Below are positions 19,428 to 28,893 of a stretch of DNA of 64,000 nt, one piece after another. Under the pieces are notes generated by a model. That model did no database searches, had not been told where the DNA came from, and worked only from the letters and a program-made list of their open reading frames with translations. The stretch's first letter is position 1. Every line of letters starts with the position of its first letter. The stretch lies in the sequence record PQ227241.1; one strand, 5' to 3'. The translations under genes were made by a program, and so were the position numbers.

Positions 19428-19450
19428 GTAATATAGATTTAAATTAATTT
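19428..19450 (-). promoter_or_regulatory. Early-type promoter (TATATTAC)
   Basis: aaattaatttaaatcTATATTAC on the minus strand. Confidence 0.7.
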
Positions 19451-19463
19451 ATAATGAATGGCA

Positions 19464-19490
19464 TAAAGGAGCCCCTGGTGGGCTCCTTTA
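19464..19490. terminator. Bidirectional hairpin terminator
   Basis: taaaggagccc-ctggt-gggctccttta, perfect 11-bp stem. Confidence 0.7.
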
Positions 19491-19499
19491 ATGTAATAG

Positions 19500-19662
19500 G
19501 TCCGACCCCTATCTAGAGGTCGGTGAGTAGCAAGGCACCGTAGTTGGGGTTCGTGTCGTTCCTGACGATACTTTAGTACCCCGGTTTATTTACGACTGGA
19601 TCACCCCCTTAAAGTGCAGTGCGTTTTACGCAAACTGCCTTGCTCTATATCATTGCACTGTG
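19500..19662. ncRNA. Candidate structured non-coding RNA (pseudoknot-capable)
   Basis: GC-richer non-coding island with multiple helices, two of them crossing (see findings). Confidence 0.45.
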
Positions 19663-19731
19663 CGTATTTTTATTCGTTAGCTAATCTTATGACTTAGAGT
19701 TATATTTACATACCCCTTAAGGAAAAATGCA

Positions 19732-21843
19732 ATGATAGACTCATTTAGGAAGCTAATGGGCTCGCTATCAATTACTGAAACTGATCAAGAAATTATCATC
19801 AGTGGTTTTGATGGTGCTGCATTCATTAGAGATATTAACAAGTATTGGCGAACCACTAAATTAGCTACGCAGTTATTTAACACGGTTAGTCGTCGTAGTA
19901 TTTCATTTTATAAATTCTTTGCTCCTGAAATATATTACATGCTAGAAGCAGTAAAGAATTATAGAAGTAGATACATCTCTATTAAAACTGTTAATGCCAT
20001 CCGTGAAGCAATGCTTCAATATACCTGGTTAAAAAATACTCGTCCTGTAGATACCAACTCTGTACCAGGTAGACTCAATTTCAAGATGTTAGACAAATTG
20101 ACATTTACACCAGATGAGTCTCAAAAAGCTTATTTTGAAAATTATAATTATCGAATTGACCAGTATGGTTTACGTGGTGATATTGTTGCAGGTAAACCTG
20201 GTACTGGTAAGACATTCATGACGATGGCTATTGCTGAAATGGTTGAGTCGGATATCATTATAGTTGTTTGTGAAAAGAAGTCTATTGATCTAATATGGAA
20301 GCCATCTATTATTGAGATGTATAAGGAAAGACAAAAAGTATGGTCGACCATTGATGATAAAGCCTACAACGGTCAAAGAATACTTATATCCCATTACCAG
20401 GCGCAAGATAAAATAATTGATCTATTAAGAAGCGGTATATTCAAAGGTAAGAACATTACGGTGATTCTGGATGAATCACACAATATGAACGATCCTAATT
20501 CTGCACAATCTCTTAAGTTCCAGCAAATATGTTTTATGTCTAACTCTAATAACAGATTATTAGCGTCAGGTACCCCTGTTAAAGCACTTGGTTCTGAATT
20601 AGTAAGTGCATTAAGAGTATTAGACGATCTCTTCACCAATGAGGTTGAAGAACGTTTTAAGAAAGCATTTGGAAAAGAGACACAGAAAGGATTAGATATT
20701 GTCCAACATCGCTTTGGGTTAATTGCGTACGTCATTGAAAAGAAAGATACTGAGGTTTTACCACCGAGGATAAAAGCGTATCGTATCAAGATACCAAATG
20801 GATCACAGTATACTCTTAATGCCATTAAACGTGATTGTGAAGCTTTTATTAGAGAACGTGTAAAGTTCTATGCTGCGCGCCGACCAGAAGATGAGAAGTA
20901 TTGGGCTAAACTAATGGCGATACACGAGAACTCTCTTAAGACCCAGGCGCAGAAAGATGGTTTCGCTCGCTATAAGAATTTGATTAAAATAATTCAGAAG
21001 AATCAAGACCCGCGATACATTGGTGAAGAAATTAAAGAATCTAACCAATATGAAAAAATGTTTATAGAGCCAACTTTACCTCGTAATGAAATAGCTGCTT
21101 TTAGAGATATTAAATCAGTTATAAAATACGTTATGCTAAAGATACAAGGTGAATGTTTGGGAAGGGTTTTAGGTGCTAAACGCATTCAGTGCCATGTGGA
21201 CATGGTACCGTATATTGACTGGGTTGGTATCACTGAATCAACTATGAAGAAAACGATTGCATTTACATCGTTTGTTGAGGTTGTTGATACTGTTGATAAG
21301 TACACCAATAAATTAGGTATGCATCCGGCGGTGGTGTATGGTAAAACCAATGACAATTTACCTCAAATAATCAGTAGATTTGAGAAAGACCCTAAATTAA
21401 ATCCATTGGTAGCTACATATGCTTCCCTTTCAACAGCGGTCCGTATGACGATGGCTGATACTATGGTGACAATTAATTCACCGTTTAGGCATTACATTCT
21501 AGAACAAGCTATTGCTCGAATTTACCGTAAAGGTCAGGATTCACAAACAGTCGTATATCAATGTACTCTCGATACAGAAGATGAACCGAATATCTCAACA
21601 AGGTCAGATGACATTCTAAAATGGAGTCAGGCAATGGTTGAAGCTATTATGGGTATTAAATCTCCATTTGAGATCACAGAGTCATTAGAAAGTTATGTTG
21701 ATAAAAATAATAATTTTGATGAAAATAAAATCATTTATCAGATGCTAAAAGAATCATTTGAGAAGTATGACATCGCAATTGATTTTAATGACTTTGATAC
21801 ACGTATGTATAAACCATATCAGCCCGCATATATGCGGTTTTAA
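19732..21843 (+). CDS. SF2 (SNF2/DExD-like) helicase, phiKZ-type virion-associated
   Basis: GKPGTGKT, ILDESH, ASGTP, EQAIARIYRKGQ motifs. Confidence 0.9.
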   Translation: MIDSFRKLMGSLSITETDQEIIISGFDGAAFIRDINKYWRTTKLATQLFNTVSRRSISFYKFFAPEIYYMLEAVKNYRSRYISIKTVNAIREAMLQYTWLKNTRPVDTNSVPGRLNFKMLDKLTFTPDESQKAYFENYNYRIDQYGLRGDIVAGKPGTGKTFMTMAIAEMVESDIIIVVCEKKSIDLIWKPSIIEMYKERQKVWSTIDDKAYNGQRILISHYQAQDKIIDLLRSGIFKGKNITVILDESHNMNDPNSAQSLKFQQICFMSNSNNRLLASGTPVKALGSELVSALRVLDDLFTNEVEERFKKAFGKETQKGLDIVQHRFGLIAYVIEKKDTEVLPPRIKAYRIKIPNGSQYTLNAIKRDCEAFIRERVKFYAARRPEDEKYWAKLMAIHENSLKTQAQKDGFARYKNLIKIIQKNQDPRYIGEEIKESNQYEKMFIEPTLPRNEIAAFRDIKSVIKYVMLKIQGECLGRVLGAKRIQCHVDMVPYIDWVGITESTMKKTIAFTSFVEVVDTVDKYTNKLGMHPAVVYGKTNDNLPQIISRFEKDPKLNPLVATYASLSTAVRMTMADTMVTINSPFRHYILEQAIARIYRKGQDSQTVVYQCTLDTEDEPNISTRSDDILKWSQAMVEAIMGIKSPFEITESLESYVDKNNNFDENKIIYQMLKESFEKYDIAIDFNDFDTRMYKPYQPAYMRF

Positions 21844-21854
21844 AGGAGACAGAA

Positions 21855-22325
21855 ATGTCTGATCCACATTCATCTAATACTGGTGAAGATCTTATTCTTG
21901 GGCCTGAAGCCACCAGTGAAGAAATGTATAATGCGATTTTAAGGTGGGTTGACAAAGTAACAACCATCCTAGAATCTGGTGGTGGCCCTGGTCCAGGTCC
22001 TAGTACTGGTTTAAAACCAATTCTATTTCAAACTGGTACATTAAACCCAGGAGATGTAGTTACTTATGATCTTTCCAAAGTTATTACTTCTATGGGTGAT
22101 TATACTCTGGCTACAGCCATCGTTGATCTCAAGATTATCGACCCTGAAACTACTAGTCCTACTAGTGGTAAGCTTATTAGCGCTTCTGCTAGTATTGGTT
22201 GGGATCTCGATTCATCTACAGGGATTTTAAATATCCGTGGGTATAGCCTGTCTGTACCAATCACTTATTATATTCGAGTTGACTCACCTATTAAGACGGC
22301 TGATATTCCCGTGTATACCCCGTAA
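21855..22325 (+). CDS. Putative virion structural protein
   Basis: AGGAG RBS; GGGPGPGP linker; beta-rich C-domain; late plus-strand operon. Confidence 0.65.
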   Translation: MSDPHSSNTGEDLILGPEATSEEMYNAILRWVDKVTTILESGGGPGPGPSTGLKPILFQTGTLNPGDVVTYDLSKVITSMGDYTLATAIVDLKIIDPETTSPTSGKLISASASIGWDLDSSTGILNIRGYSLSVPITYYIRVDSPIKTADIPVYTP

Positions 22326-22335
22326 GGAGTGAGAA

Positions 22336-24285
22336 ATGCCTTCTATTGTCCCGTCGCAAGTGCCGGGTCCTGTGGCACTAAACTCTAAAGTTAAATTTAA
22401 CTTTAGTTCAGATATTCAGAAGGTGTATTATACAGTGAGCCCGGAGTTACTTCCGGTGCTCTCTGAATACATTGCTTATGATGGTGACCCTGCAACAGGT
22501 GGTAGTCCATTTATTGCTGTTGTGCAAGATGGCACTGGTAATGTTCTTTATGATTGTAGTTTTCCAAAATTCTATAATTTAAACTATGATACTTACCAAA
22601 TTCCGGCTAATACAACAAACCCTCAAGATCTATGGGGATGGGTAAGATATTTTTATAATGCTATTGGGTTTATTAGGAATGGTAGTAAGTACGAATCAAC
22701 TGGAAAGAAATTCTTAGTAATCACAGATAGTAATCCTAGTGAACCTTATTCAGTCCTCAATACGTCAGGTAATGGTTTTAAAAAGATACTAGATACGGCT
22801 GCTCGTGTACAAGATTCTACCTATGATGTTTATTACCCAGAAATGATGGGTGGCACAGTAGACCTTACTTTAACAGATCTTAATAAGTATTATGCATGTA
22901 TTCTATTTTCTACTAAAGATCATAATACTGGCGCATTAACTCCTGAAAGAGTGAGTCAGGCGACTATCGATAATCTAGCTACTTGGCGTAAATCGGGTAA
23001 TGGTATCTTTGTTATAACTGATTCTGCTTCAAGAGATTACACTAATATTGAAGATGCTAAAGAAAATAATGGTAGTTTTGCATTTACCGCTAATAGACTA
23101 GCCTTTAATTTTGGTTCTTATTTCTCTGGTGTTGTTGATAGGTCAGATGTTCAATATACTGTAAATCAGATGCTAAGCTGGTCACCAAAAGCTGCATCAT
23201 CTGGTTTGTTTACAGGTATGAATAAATCTATTGGTAATGGTCAAGTAACTGACTTTGTTATCAAAGGTGATTCAAGTGAAAGTGAGATTAAGCTTGTTAC
23301 TTTCCCAGCGTATAACAAAGAAGATATTCCTGAATTTACCTTCGATCATACTGGCGAGTACATTTACAATTTTCTGTGTACGACATCTGAAAATCCTAAT
23401 AAACCGTATGCTATTTCATTTAGATTCCAAGTTGGTGTAGATGATGGTATCTTTGTTGCACGTGATAATGGCCAAGCTATTGATACTACTCAGATATTAA
23501 CAGCTAAGCGTTATTTTGATCTTAATCTAGGTTACTCAAATGGCACTGACCATCAGGATTATCTAGGCGATATTCAAATAAATGGCTATTTAGTTGGATC
23601 ATTCTTATTTAGTCAGGGCATTACTCAGTGGGATCTGATAACTCATGGATCAACTCTTTTAATCCATGATAATGATCAGATACGTATTAACGTACGTGTA
23701 CCTTATACTTACACAATGCAGCATCAAGTGGTACTTAGTTCAAAACCTGCTTCTCTTTATAATGAAGCATCCCTTATAGGTACAATGGCATGGGATGATT
23801 ATAAAGGGATAAGTAAAGCTAAAATTTATGAATATATTAATCTTAGCATGACCAAGTATATGTATCGTGTAGCGAATGCATATAAGAATAACATTAATAT
23901 AAAACCAATAGTATTGACTGCATTACGTCGTACATTCCTTGGTGAGACATTGAATACAGCTAATGTATATGTTTATGATAATAACTCCACATGGGGTAAA
24001 CTATCACAACGTGTCCAGAACGGACGACATGGTGATATTGTTATCTTTGCAGATACTTCTAAAGTTGTCCAGTATGATGAACTGGCTTCAACACCTGGCT
24101 GGTATGTAATGAAAGATCCAGGATTAGCTGATGTAACAGTAGCTAAACTAGTTCCATTCTTTGGAAATAACCGAGCTATTAAAAATAGGTTAAAGACTGG
24201 TGACATTCTTGATGAGACCACTGGTCAACCAATTTCTTTCCATGCTAATTGGAAAATAGAAAATGATAAACTTGTAAAAGTTTAA
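22336..24285 (+). CDS. Putative tail-fibre/virion accessory protein with a central alpha/beta domain
   Basis: AGGAG RBS; YDCSFPKFYN...KKFLVITD...GNGIFVITD pattern recalled from phage tail-associated proteins. Confidence 0.55.
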   Translation: MPSIVPSQVPGPVALNSKVKFNFSSDIQKVYYTVSPELLPVLSEYIAYDGDPATGGSPFIAVVQDGTGNVLYDCSFPKFYNLNYDTYQIPANTTNPQDLWGWVRYFYNAIGFIRNGSKYESTGKKFLVITDSNPSEPYSVLNTSGNGFKKILDTAARVQDSTYDVYYPEMMGGTVDLTLTDLNKYYACILFSTKDHNTGALTPERVSQATIDNLATWRKSGNGIFVITDSASRDYTNIEDAKENNGSFAFTANRLAFNFGSYFSGVVDRSDVQYTVNQMLSWSPKAASSGLFTGMNKSIGNGQVTDFVIKGDSSESEIKLVTFPAYNKEDIPEFTFDHTGEYIYNFLCTTSENPNKPYAISFRFQVGVDDGIFVARDNGQAIDTTQILTAKRYFDLNLGYSNGTDHQDYLGDIQINGYLVGSFLFSQGITQWDLITHGSTLLIHDNDQIRINVRVPYTYTMQHQVVLSSKPASLYNEASLIGTMAWDDYKGISKAKIYEYINLSMTKYMYRVANAYKNNINIKPIVLTALRRTFLGETLNTANVYVYDNNSTWGKLSQRVQNGRHGDIVIFADTSKVVQYDELASTPGWYVMKDPGLADVTVAKLVPFFGNNRAIKNRLKTGDILDETTGQPISFHANWKIENDKLVKV

Positions 24286-24288
24286 CGG

Positions 24289-24320
24289 CATAAGCCCTCC
24301 CGCAATGGGAGGGCATTATG
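24289..24320. repeat. 32-bp palindrome at convergent junction (copy 1 of 5)
   Basis: cataagccctcccgcaatgggagggcattatg. Confidence 0.85.
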
Positions 24321-24325
24321 TTGTT

Positions 24326-24985
24326 TTAACCACGCGTTATATTAAATAACCGTCTTTTCTGATCAAGTAATAAAATAGCGCTTGTGGTAATTTTAATGTT
24401 AAACCTACGTTTAGCTAAACTCTGAGCTACTAGTTCAATAGCATCAACTAGATCGATTGATTCTATATCACCTGTATTTTTAGATTTACTAATTGGTTTA
24501 CTAAGAATTTTCCATCCCTTAGTAAAATTACTAGCTGATGGCTTTTGACCTATCTTGCTACGAAAAAATAGTCCAACTAATTTACTAGCCAGTTCACGTG
24601 GATCATTAAAATCTGCTTCTGGTGAATGTAAGGTAATATTACTGTTTGCCAGGAATTCATGGTTCTCCGCACGATCCTCGATAGTTTTAGCACGTGGATC
24701 AAAATCCCAACAATTAACAGTTATATTTACGTCATTACCATTACGACGTAGATCAATACATCTAACGAAATCAGTCATGTCAAACTTACGTTCAACATCA
24801 CGCATGTCATTAGCAATCTTCTCTAATTCATCGTTATCAGTAATACCAACTTGCTTAGTAATATCAAAAGTCAAATCGGCTAAAACGGATTGAGGAAAAC
24901 TGGTTGCGATCAGCAAACGCAGTACGATTTCTGGACGACTTTTTCTATATTTGTCGCCTGACATCTTCTCAAAGGTGTTAGTCAT
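24326..24985 (-). CDS. Hypothetical protein
   Basis: ORF track. Confidence 0.8.
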   Translation of the reverse strand: MTNTFEKMSGDKYRKSRPEIVLRLLIATSFPQSVLADLTFDITKQVGITDNDELEKIANDMRDVERKFDMTDFVRCIDLRRNGNDVNITVNCWDFDPRAKTIEDRAENHEFLANSNITLHSPEADFNDPRELASKLVGLFFRSKIGQKPSASNFTKGWKILSKPISKSKNTGDIESIDLVDAIELVAQSLAKRRFNIKITTSAILLLDQKRRLFNITRG

Positions 24986-25004
24986 GATGGCTATCCCAAA
25001 AAGG

Positions 25005-25436
25005 TTAGTTCACACCATTTAAACGCTCCCAGTCATCTAGAGTTGCACGAGCATCAAATAGTGCGTTGTGAAGCATTTTAGAACCTTTTCCACTTAGCTC
25101 ATGATTTAATTCAAATATAGTTGGTAACTCAACAACTTGTTTACCTTTACCCATATCCATAGCTTTACCAGTGTAAACCATATCGTTAACATGATTAGCT
25201 ATAAAATGTAATCGAGCAAACTGACCAAGAAACTTGGCTAGTCTATCATGGAATTCTTCTAAAGAGATTGGTTCTTTTTGAAGAATAGGAATAACGTTTT
25301 CTTTAACCCATTCATCTTCAATATTGTCATATGGTAGAACTTCGTAGAATTCACAACGTCGATCTTCACTAACAATACCAAGTGAAATAAGAGTACCAGT
25401 AGGCGTATCAAATTCTGTATCAACAAAAAGTAACAT
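25005..25436 (-). CDS. DEDDh 3'-5' exo(ribo)nuclease
   Basis: FVDTEF (Exo I) and HNALFDAR (Exo III). Confidence 0.85.
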   Translation of the reverse strand: MLLFVDTEFDTPTGTLISLGIVSEDRRCEFYEVLPYDNIEDEWVKENVIPILQKEPISLEEFHDRLAKFLGQFARLHFIANHVNDMVYTGKAMDMGKGKQVVELPTIFELNHELSGKGSKMLHNALFDARATLDDWERLNGVN

Positions 25437-25526
25437 AGTAGTTTTCCTTGTACGAAAGTCTTATCATAACAATAATGCACTTACGTCAAAAAGAGAGAAC
25501 CATCATGGTTCTCTCCTATAAAAGTA

Positions 25527-26015
25527 TTAGACTTTTAGTCCACGAATATTGAAGATTATTTGACAAGCTGCAATTATTCTATTTCTAGAAATCTTTACAG
25601 GAATTTTATAGTGATTGAGTACAGCTTTAGGATTCTCAACACTCATCAATTCTTTAAGTAATTCGTCGCTAATTTTATTATGTGTCAGGACAAAGGTTGC
25701 GACATCGTGGTCCCAGCATCGTTTTATTGCACTACAAGCACGAATATACTTCTCGGCTAATTCGGGGCTAAAATCTAATGCTTCTAGCCATCTTTTGCGA
25801 CCAGCAGTGTAAATCACTCGTGTACGAGTATTCGATGGGACAGCTACAATGTAGCCTGTACCTGGTGTCCTACGTTCTTCAATAGGTCTGATATTCCAAT
25901 CACCAATCGTCCTAATTAGTGTAGATAAATCATCATTAGCACCATAGTAGCCAATAGGTAAACCTAAACTAACTTGTGTATCTATCTGGTCTACAGTTTG
26001 ATGTGTAATAACCAT
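25527..26015 (-). CDS. Hypothetical protein
   Basis: ORF track; followed by hairpin at 25493..25515. Confidence 0.8.
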   Translation of the reverse strand: MVITHQTVDQIDTQVSLGLPIGYYGANDDLSTLIRTIGDWNIRPIEERRTPGTGYIVAVPSNTRTRVIYTAGRKRWLEALDFSPELAEKYIRACSAIKRCWDHDVATFVLTHNKISDELLKELMSVENPKAVLNHYKIPVKISRNRIIAACQIIFNIRGLKV

Positions 26016-26123
26016 TGTAGTTCTCTTCCCAATAGGGTTTTATAAACTTCCACAAGACTAAACTCCATTATAGTCCTATCAGATTGGGTAATAAAACTTA
26101 ACAAAAAAAATATTAAACATAAA

Positions 26124-26145
26124 ACCCTCTCCCGAAGGAGAGGGT
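26124..26145 (-). terminator. UUCG-loop hairpin terminator
   Basis: accctctcc-cgaa-ggagagggt. Confidence 0.75.
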
Positions 26146-26156
26146 AATATATAACT

Positions 26157-26519
26157 TTATCCATACATTACGAAAGGTACTTCGTAAACAATTAGATAAG
26201 TATACATTAGTTTAAAACCAATGTGTAACCACTGATCTTGATTAAATGTAATTTTATTATCACATTTTAAATAATCAATAATGCAGTGAGAAATTGTTTC
26301 AATAAGTCCTAAAACTAATGAACCAGTAATGAAATAAACTGCGCCACCATGCATGAAGCTGTGTGCAGGTAATACCCATTTCCAATATAGTGAACCTAGT
26401 TCAGTAGTATGATTTTTAGCCTTTGCAATGAAATCATTTTGCAATGAAAAATCAAAGATGAAGTGCGCTACAATTAAACCAAAGAATAATGCCATTGAGT
26501 TGACACTGATTAATTCCAT
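26157..26519 (-). CDS. DUF3307-like membrane protein
   Basis: AHFIFDFSLQ, HSFMHG, HCIIDYLK, DQWLH motifs with TM helices. Confidence 0.8.
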   Translation of the reverse strand: MELISVNSMALFFGLIVAHFIFDFSLQNDFIAKAKNHTTELGSLYWKWVLPAHSFMHGGAVYFITGSLVLGLIETISHCIIDYLKCDNKITFNQDQWLHIGFKLMYTYLIVYEVPFVMYG

Positions 26520-26530
26520 TTTATTTCCGC

Positions 26531-26893
26531 CTAGAAAGGTATTTCATCTTCAACAATGTGTGAATAGTCGATATTATGTTTTTCACATAATTCTTTAAAT
26601 TTATCTATTTTGGTCATAGCCTCTAATAAATCATTATGTAATTTATTTTTATAATTCTTACCAAAATCAGCAGGGTCAAATACAGATTTATAATAGGCAT
26701 ATATTTCAGAATATTCTTTCTTTAAAATATCAATAACTACTGGATCATTACCATCACCAAGATAACTAATCAGATGACATAAATCATAGTTTTGACGACG
26801 AGCTGCTTTTAAGATAAGTTCATTAATTTCAATTAATTCAGACTTATTACATCGCCTTCTTTTTATAGATCGAGTGATTTTATTAAATATCAT
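26531..26893 (-). CDS. Hypothetical protein
   Basis: ORF track. Confidence 0.75.
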   Translation of the reverse strand: MIFNKITRSIKRRRCNKSELIEINELILKAARRQNYDLCHLISYLGDGNDPVVIDILKKEYSEIYAYYKSVFDPADFGKNYKNKLHNDLLEAMTKIDKFKELCEKHNIDYSHIVEDEIPF

Positions 26894-26894
26894 A

Positions 26895-27269
26895 TTAAGT
26901 TATCCCTAACCATTGTAGATAACCACTATCACTTAATCCACGATAATAATCATCTTTATTTTTACGTAAATAACAATAAACTATTTTACCCATTAATTGA
27001 TAGTTAGCTTCATTATCAAAGGTAAATTCTTTTTCTAATCTATTATTACTATCCACTAATGAGATTACTACATTACCGTAACGTACTGTTAATTTAACTG
27101 TACGAGTAGAGTCGGTATCATGAAAGATATAAGTCAACCCATAATTCAACTCATTATTTAATACTTGAATACTAGTAGATCTATTAGATTTAATCTGAAG
27201 TGGATGCTCAACAATCGCCTTGAATGCTTTATTGCATAAGAGAATATTTTGTATTTTTAATGAATCCAT
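26895..27269 (-). CDS. Hypothetical protein
   Basis: ORF track. Confidence 0.75.
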   Translation of the reverse strand: MDSLKIQNILLCNKAFKAIVEHPLQIKSNRSTSIQVLNNELNYGLTYIFHDTDSTRTVKLTVRYGNVVISLVDSNNRLEKEFTFDNEANYQLMGKIVYCYLRKNKDDYYRGLSDSGYLQWLGIT

Positions 27270-27345
27270 GACATTACCTGACTTTGTATTTATAATTTAC
27301 CTATATCAAATTAGAAGTAGGCAATAATGAGCTGACCCAGTAGTC

Positions 27346-27389
27346 TTCAATCTCAGCCTAATTGGATCAGTGTTTAGACTGAGATTGAA
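27346..27389 (-). other. 16-bp inverted repeat with 12-nt loop in an intergenic gap
   Basis: ttcaatctcagcctaa / ttagactgagattgaa; the single mismatch is G-U on the minus strand. Confidence 0.7.
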
Positions 27390-27424
27390 TATTAAGCTGT
27401 AGTGGTACTTTAATCAATGATGTA

Positions 27425-27781
27425 TTATGGATTTCCGGCAAGCCAGCTTACTGCACATATTGCTGCCTCATCAAATTGATTCAATGAGAATTTGGTTATC
27501 CGAACAGCCTGTGCCATATTAAGAACTTTAAATTCACTATCACCAGACTCAATATGAGATATCATGCCAAGATGATCATTGCTGGTATCATAAACTGCAA
27601 TGCGGATATCCTTGCCTCTCTCAACCACATATGCAATAGATCGTTTTGTTACAGGGTTATCGATGACATTAACTGTTTCACGCAATGTAGCGTCAATCCG
27701 GGATGCATTAATATGAATGCTAATTGCATTCAGCAAATGATGCTCAATCTGTCGCCCTGTTTCAAGAGTTAGAGAACCCAT
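27425..27781 (-). CDS. Hypothetical protein
   Basis: AGGAG RBS. Confidence 0.8.
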   Translation of the reverse strand: MGSLTLETGRQIEHHLLNAISIHINASRIDATLRETVNVIDNPVTKRSIAYVVERGKDIRIAVYDTSNDHLGMISHIESGDSEFKVLNMAQAVRITKFSLNQFDEAAICAVSWLAGNP

Positions 27782-27793
27782 TATAATCTCCTT

Positions 27794-28156
27794 TTAGAAT
27801 CCAAGATAATCAAAGAATCCATGGTAATCGAATGTGCGTGTTGGGATACTTGTATCCGAAAAGAACGTATTTATTTGTTTGGCTAATTCAGTGTAGTAAT
27901 GTGAATTATATTTGTTGATCTTAGTAACCATCTTCTCATCAAAGAGATAGGTTACACGCATATTCAGTGGTTTAACTACATTGATCTCAATAACTACCTT
28001 ACGAACCATATCCTCAGATAAGAGTATACACTTAGCGTCACATGGTGAAACCTCTATTTTAATACCTACACAAGGCTTGAGGTTATCGTGATATTTCGTG
28101 AGTTCCTCTAATACAGCATCCATAGTTTGGATGAGCTTTATATTGGTAATGTTCAT
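27794..28156 (-). CDS. Hypothetical protein
   Basis: TAATG coupling with upstream gene. Confidence 0.8.
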   Translation of the reverse strand: MNITNIKLIQTMDAVLEELTKYHDNLKPCVGIKIEVSPCDAKCILLSEDMVRKVVIEINVVKPLNMRVTYLFDEKMVTKINKYNSHYYTELAKQINTFFSDTSIPTRTFDYHGFFDYLGF

Positions 28157-28893
28157 TACAGCCCCTCGTAAATATCCTTTCGTTTTGGATTGATGCCTGC
28201 AACCTTACCTTTATCATTATTGATGTAACAAAGGAATTCATCGCAAGTGGTGGTCTTTACAAATGGGATAATTTGAATGAGTTCTAGTAAAGTATATTCT
28301 TTACCAAAGTATTTACACATTTGTGTAAGTTGACTACACACTACATTATAAAAGCCCCTAGTATTTTGTAGTGTAAGATACTCACCATCAATCACTCTAT
28401 CATTATTTACCATGTATACATCACGAATAGGATAAGTGTCTTTTAAGGGACCATTGCCAAATTTGACACCATGTACCCCATTAGGTCCATTTAGTAAATA
28501 GTATCCAGTTGGTACTGACCAATAAGTAGTTCCTTTAAATCCCAATAGATGTCCATATGGTTCATGATAATCGGATGTATAGCACTGATCATCCTCACAG
28601 ATAACCTCCTGGTACATCGAGTATTCAACAGGTAGTTGTTTAGTTGGATCACTAGGGTGAACCACCAATATTATTGAATTTTCTGGATAACTGGTCCAAC
28701 CGCAACTACCCAGTTTGGATTGCTTATTGAAATTACATGGAGCAATTCGCGGAGTATGATTAGAGTAGAATAATGGTACTCCATAAAAAGCAAGTGGTTC
28801 GTAATTAACACTAGCTTTAGTATACATGCCAATACTAATCAGAAATACTGCACAGAATATACGCATCGATAATTTAAACATCAGTGCATCCAC
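28156..28893 (-). CDS. Cys-rich putative exported protein
   Basis: Signal-peptide-like N-terminus; four Cys pairs in the mature part. Confidence 0.7.
   Translation of the reverse strand: MDALMFKLSMRIFCAVFLISIGMYTKASVNYEPLAFYGVPLFYSNHTPRIAPCNFNKQSKLGSCGWTSYPENSIILVVHPSDPTKQLPVEYSMYQEVICEDDQCYTSDYHEPYGHLLGFKGTTYWSVPTGYYLLNGPNGVHGVKFGNGPLKDTYPIRDVYMVNNDRVIDGEYLTLQNTRGFYNVVCSQLTQMCKYFGKEYTLLELIQIIPFVKTTTCDEFLCYINNDKGKVAGINPKRKDIYEGL

Noticed and set aside
19561-19582. CTGACGA hammerhead-core-like motif inside the candidate ncRNA
   Set aside because: The following hairpin is not followed by the required GAAA, so the hammerhead consensus is incomplete
19570-19612. Minus-strand GGGGGTGA resembling a tmRNA 5' end (tempting given the SspB gene)
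   Set aside because: No T-arm/acceptor 3' end with CCA, no tag ORF, and the element is too short
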